Assembly (NCBI RefSeq): GCF_022045235.1
Contig: NW_027266264.1
Coordinates: forward strand, 74,090,001-74,154,000
Direction of reading: 5' to 3'
DNA from: Haliotis cracherodii
Lineage: Eukaryota
Length of the DNA: 64,000 nt
Under the pieces are notes generated by a model that worked only from the letters and a program-made list of their open reading frames with translations, did not search any database and was not told the origin of the DNA. Below are positions 61,499 through 64,000 of the stretch, one piece after another; position 1 is the first letter of the stretch, and each line of letters begins with the position of its first letter. The position numbers and the translations under genes were made by a program.

Positions 61499-63759
61499 AT
61501 CTTCTGGAATCAAAGCCATACCGAACCAGATCGTGAATACACCCTGCCTTGTCCTGTCACCAACATTCTCTACAAGATCAACATCAAAGCTGTAGTGCAG
61601 TATAGAATTTTAGAAAACATTTATTCATAGGAATTTTAAATGATCGTTAAGACAATGATTTTAAGAAATTTATTCCAAAGCGCTCAGACCAGGGAAACAA
61701 TTTACAACCTAGATGTACAGTCATCCCAAGTAGAAGACATGTCATGTCAATATTTTTATCATTAGTGTTTAAACAGCATATTGTTTTTTTCTGCTTTTCT
61801 GGTTTTCTATTAAAGAAATGCAGTGTCACGTTCATATCGTGTGTTTGCCTAATTTATACATACAATAGGTGCATATTCCCATACAACGCACCAAATCAGT
61901 ATTTATATCGATAATGGGAATTACAATATCGCCTCTAATTTGGCTATTGGATAGTAAAGAACAATGGAATAGTCTGTAAGATCTTCACTAAAAGGTTAAT
62001 CCAATATTAAAAATGGCCTATTGGGCTTTGGTACCTTAATTGTAATTGTATGCAAATATATTTCATGATTTATTTTACGGGGATTGTAGTGTCGTGAAGT
62101 ACCAACCTGATTCAAGTCGGTTCCTTGTTTAACACCACACTCAGCACTATTCCAACTATATGATGGCGGCCATCGGCAATGGAATGTTATTTTTTATGCT
62201 GAACCGTACACGGGCCACTTTTAAATTTGAGAGATCACATTTTAAATCGGGGACACTGAAGATTGGTATTTTAAAGTGGGCCAGTAGTCTCTATTTCTAA
62301 CCCACACACTTAAACGTAATTTTAATGCTCACATAGCTGAATATCGGGTTTGAACTACAGTTGGAGCCCTGTTACTTGAATGAATGGCTGTACACCATCA
62401 TGTGTCATGGCACAAACAGGTCAAACGTACAAACGAGTGTATTTTTTATTTGATACAATTATGTAATTTATACTCATTTCCAAAAGAGAAACACATCCTA
62501 AAGTAAGAAATGTTCGAAAACTATTTGTAATATATTATATCTTTTCGTTTTCGAAGATTTCGTACTTTAGGGGGTGTGTTTCTTTCGGAATTGAGTACTA
62601 CATCAAAATATATCTCAATCACTGACTATTGAATTTACACAAACCCTTGTGGGGATTCCTGATTCTTCAGGCTCGCTGACTTGGTTGATGCATGTCATCG
62701 GTCCCAACTGCGTGGATCGATGCTCATGATGTCAATTGTCTCACTGAATTGTCTCGTCCAGACTCGATTATTTTCAGACCGCCGTCATATAGATATAGAG
62801 TGAACAATATCTAATAATATAGTAAAAAATCTTGTGAAATTAGAACAGAATCTGAATGCAGTGGGTCAAAACTGTTAATCTTAAGAGATTTTTTACTATG
62901 TTATCACTCATATCGCCTCGACCAGAAGTGGAAATGCCTTTAAAATCTACAGTTTATGGAATCTTAAGATTTTCTTTTGGCTGCTGATAGTAAATAACAT
63001 TTCTCACTTGTGAGCAGAATATGAATGCAATTGGTGAATACTACTAATTTTAAGAGATCTTTTACTATATTATCACCCGTGTCCCCTTGACCAGAAATGG
63101 GATAGCCCTTTCACATGTTCAATGAATGGAATTCTTTTAGCTGTTGACAATACAACTTATGAGCACATATTGAGGGGTCATGGTCCAAGATTGGTATTGA
63201 TTTTTATGAATTATTGATTATATATTTACCTTTGTATTACCGTAATCAAACTGTGCAAAGGTGGCATAACACCTTGAAAATCAACTGTTGAATATTTATA
63301 ATTAATTTTAGGTTTTGATAGAACTACAGACTTAGCAAATATTGAGACAGGTCATGATTGGTACTTTCATAGCGATTTTTTTTTATACCAGTATGTGTGT
63401 CACACAAGAAGTGTCAGAATTCAGAAATTCTTGTATTTACCGAGTGAGGGTGAGGGTAATACATGGATTCTTACATGAGTTTTGTAAAACAGAATATGTA
63501 CTGTGTACAGTTCTTTTATCAACTTCATGCCAATCGCCAAGCATGGGTACTATCTTTTCCCGTTTATTTTAACTTCCGCTCCCAGGGGTGCGATGGGTTA
63601 GCGTAGTGGTCAAAGAGTTCGCTCTTCACGTCGAAGGCCCGGGTTCGATTCCCATCATGTGTTCTGTGTGTAAAGTCTATTTCTAGTGTTCCGCGCCATG
63701 ATATTCCTGGAATGCTGCTAAAAGCAGTGTAAATACATATTCACCCACTTACTCCTTCT

Positions 63760-64000
63760 GAACCGTGAAGATCCAGGGTAGAATAGATCTTCACCAACCC
63801 ATGCTTGCCGTAAAAGGCGACTTACGGGATCGGGTGGTCACGATCGCTGACCTGGTTGATACATGTCATCGTATCTCATGATCAGGTGCGTGGATCGATG
63901 CTCATGATGTCAATTACTGGATTGTCTGGTCCAGACTCGGTTATTTACAGACCGTCGTCATATAGCTTGAATATTGCTGAGTGCGGCGTTAAACACCAAA
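63760..64000 (+). mobile_element. SINE-like family B, full-length, single-unit variant
   Basis: Colinear with 34236-34510 but has one, not two, CATGCTTG...GGCGACT units. Confidence 0.85.

Overview
AT-rich, repeat-dense animal (not prokaryotic) genomic DNA. The SINE and MITE families look molluscan, most likely a gastropod such as abalone; that assignment is from recall and unverified. Most ORFs in the six-frame track are noise. By joining GT-AG exons in phase I can rebuild three genes. (1) The 5' part of a CCDC60-like gene on the minus strand (6 coding exons, running off the left edge). (2) A complete 18-exon, ~998-aa PHF20/PHF20L1-like chromatin reader on the plus strand (2 Tudor, C2H2, PHD, C-terminal coiled coil), head-to-head with CCDC60. 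(3) A 3-exon gene, missed by the ORF track, for a 77-aa secreted, cationic, cysteine-rich peptide of no family I recognise, with a frameshifted paralog relic and duplicated flanks upstream. Introns and intergenic DNA hold four SINE-like families, hAT-like and Mutator-like MITEs with target-site duplications (TSDs), a decayed DIRS1-type element with intact terminal architecture, a non-LTR RT relic, Penelope-type termini with hammerhead-like motifs, minisatellites and a flip/flop double hairpin. The best novelty candidates are the peptide locus, the covarying pseudoknot-like 5' head of SINE family B, and the hammerhead-like motifs. Exon coordinates were counted by hand; repeat boundaries are approximate.
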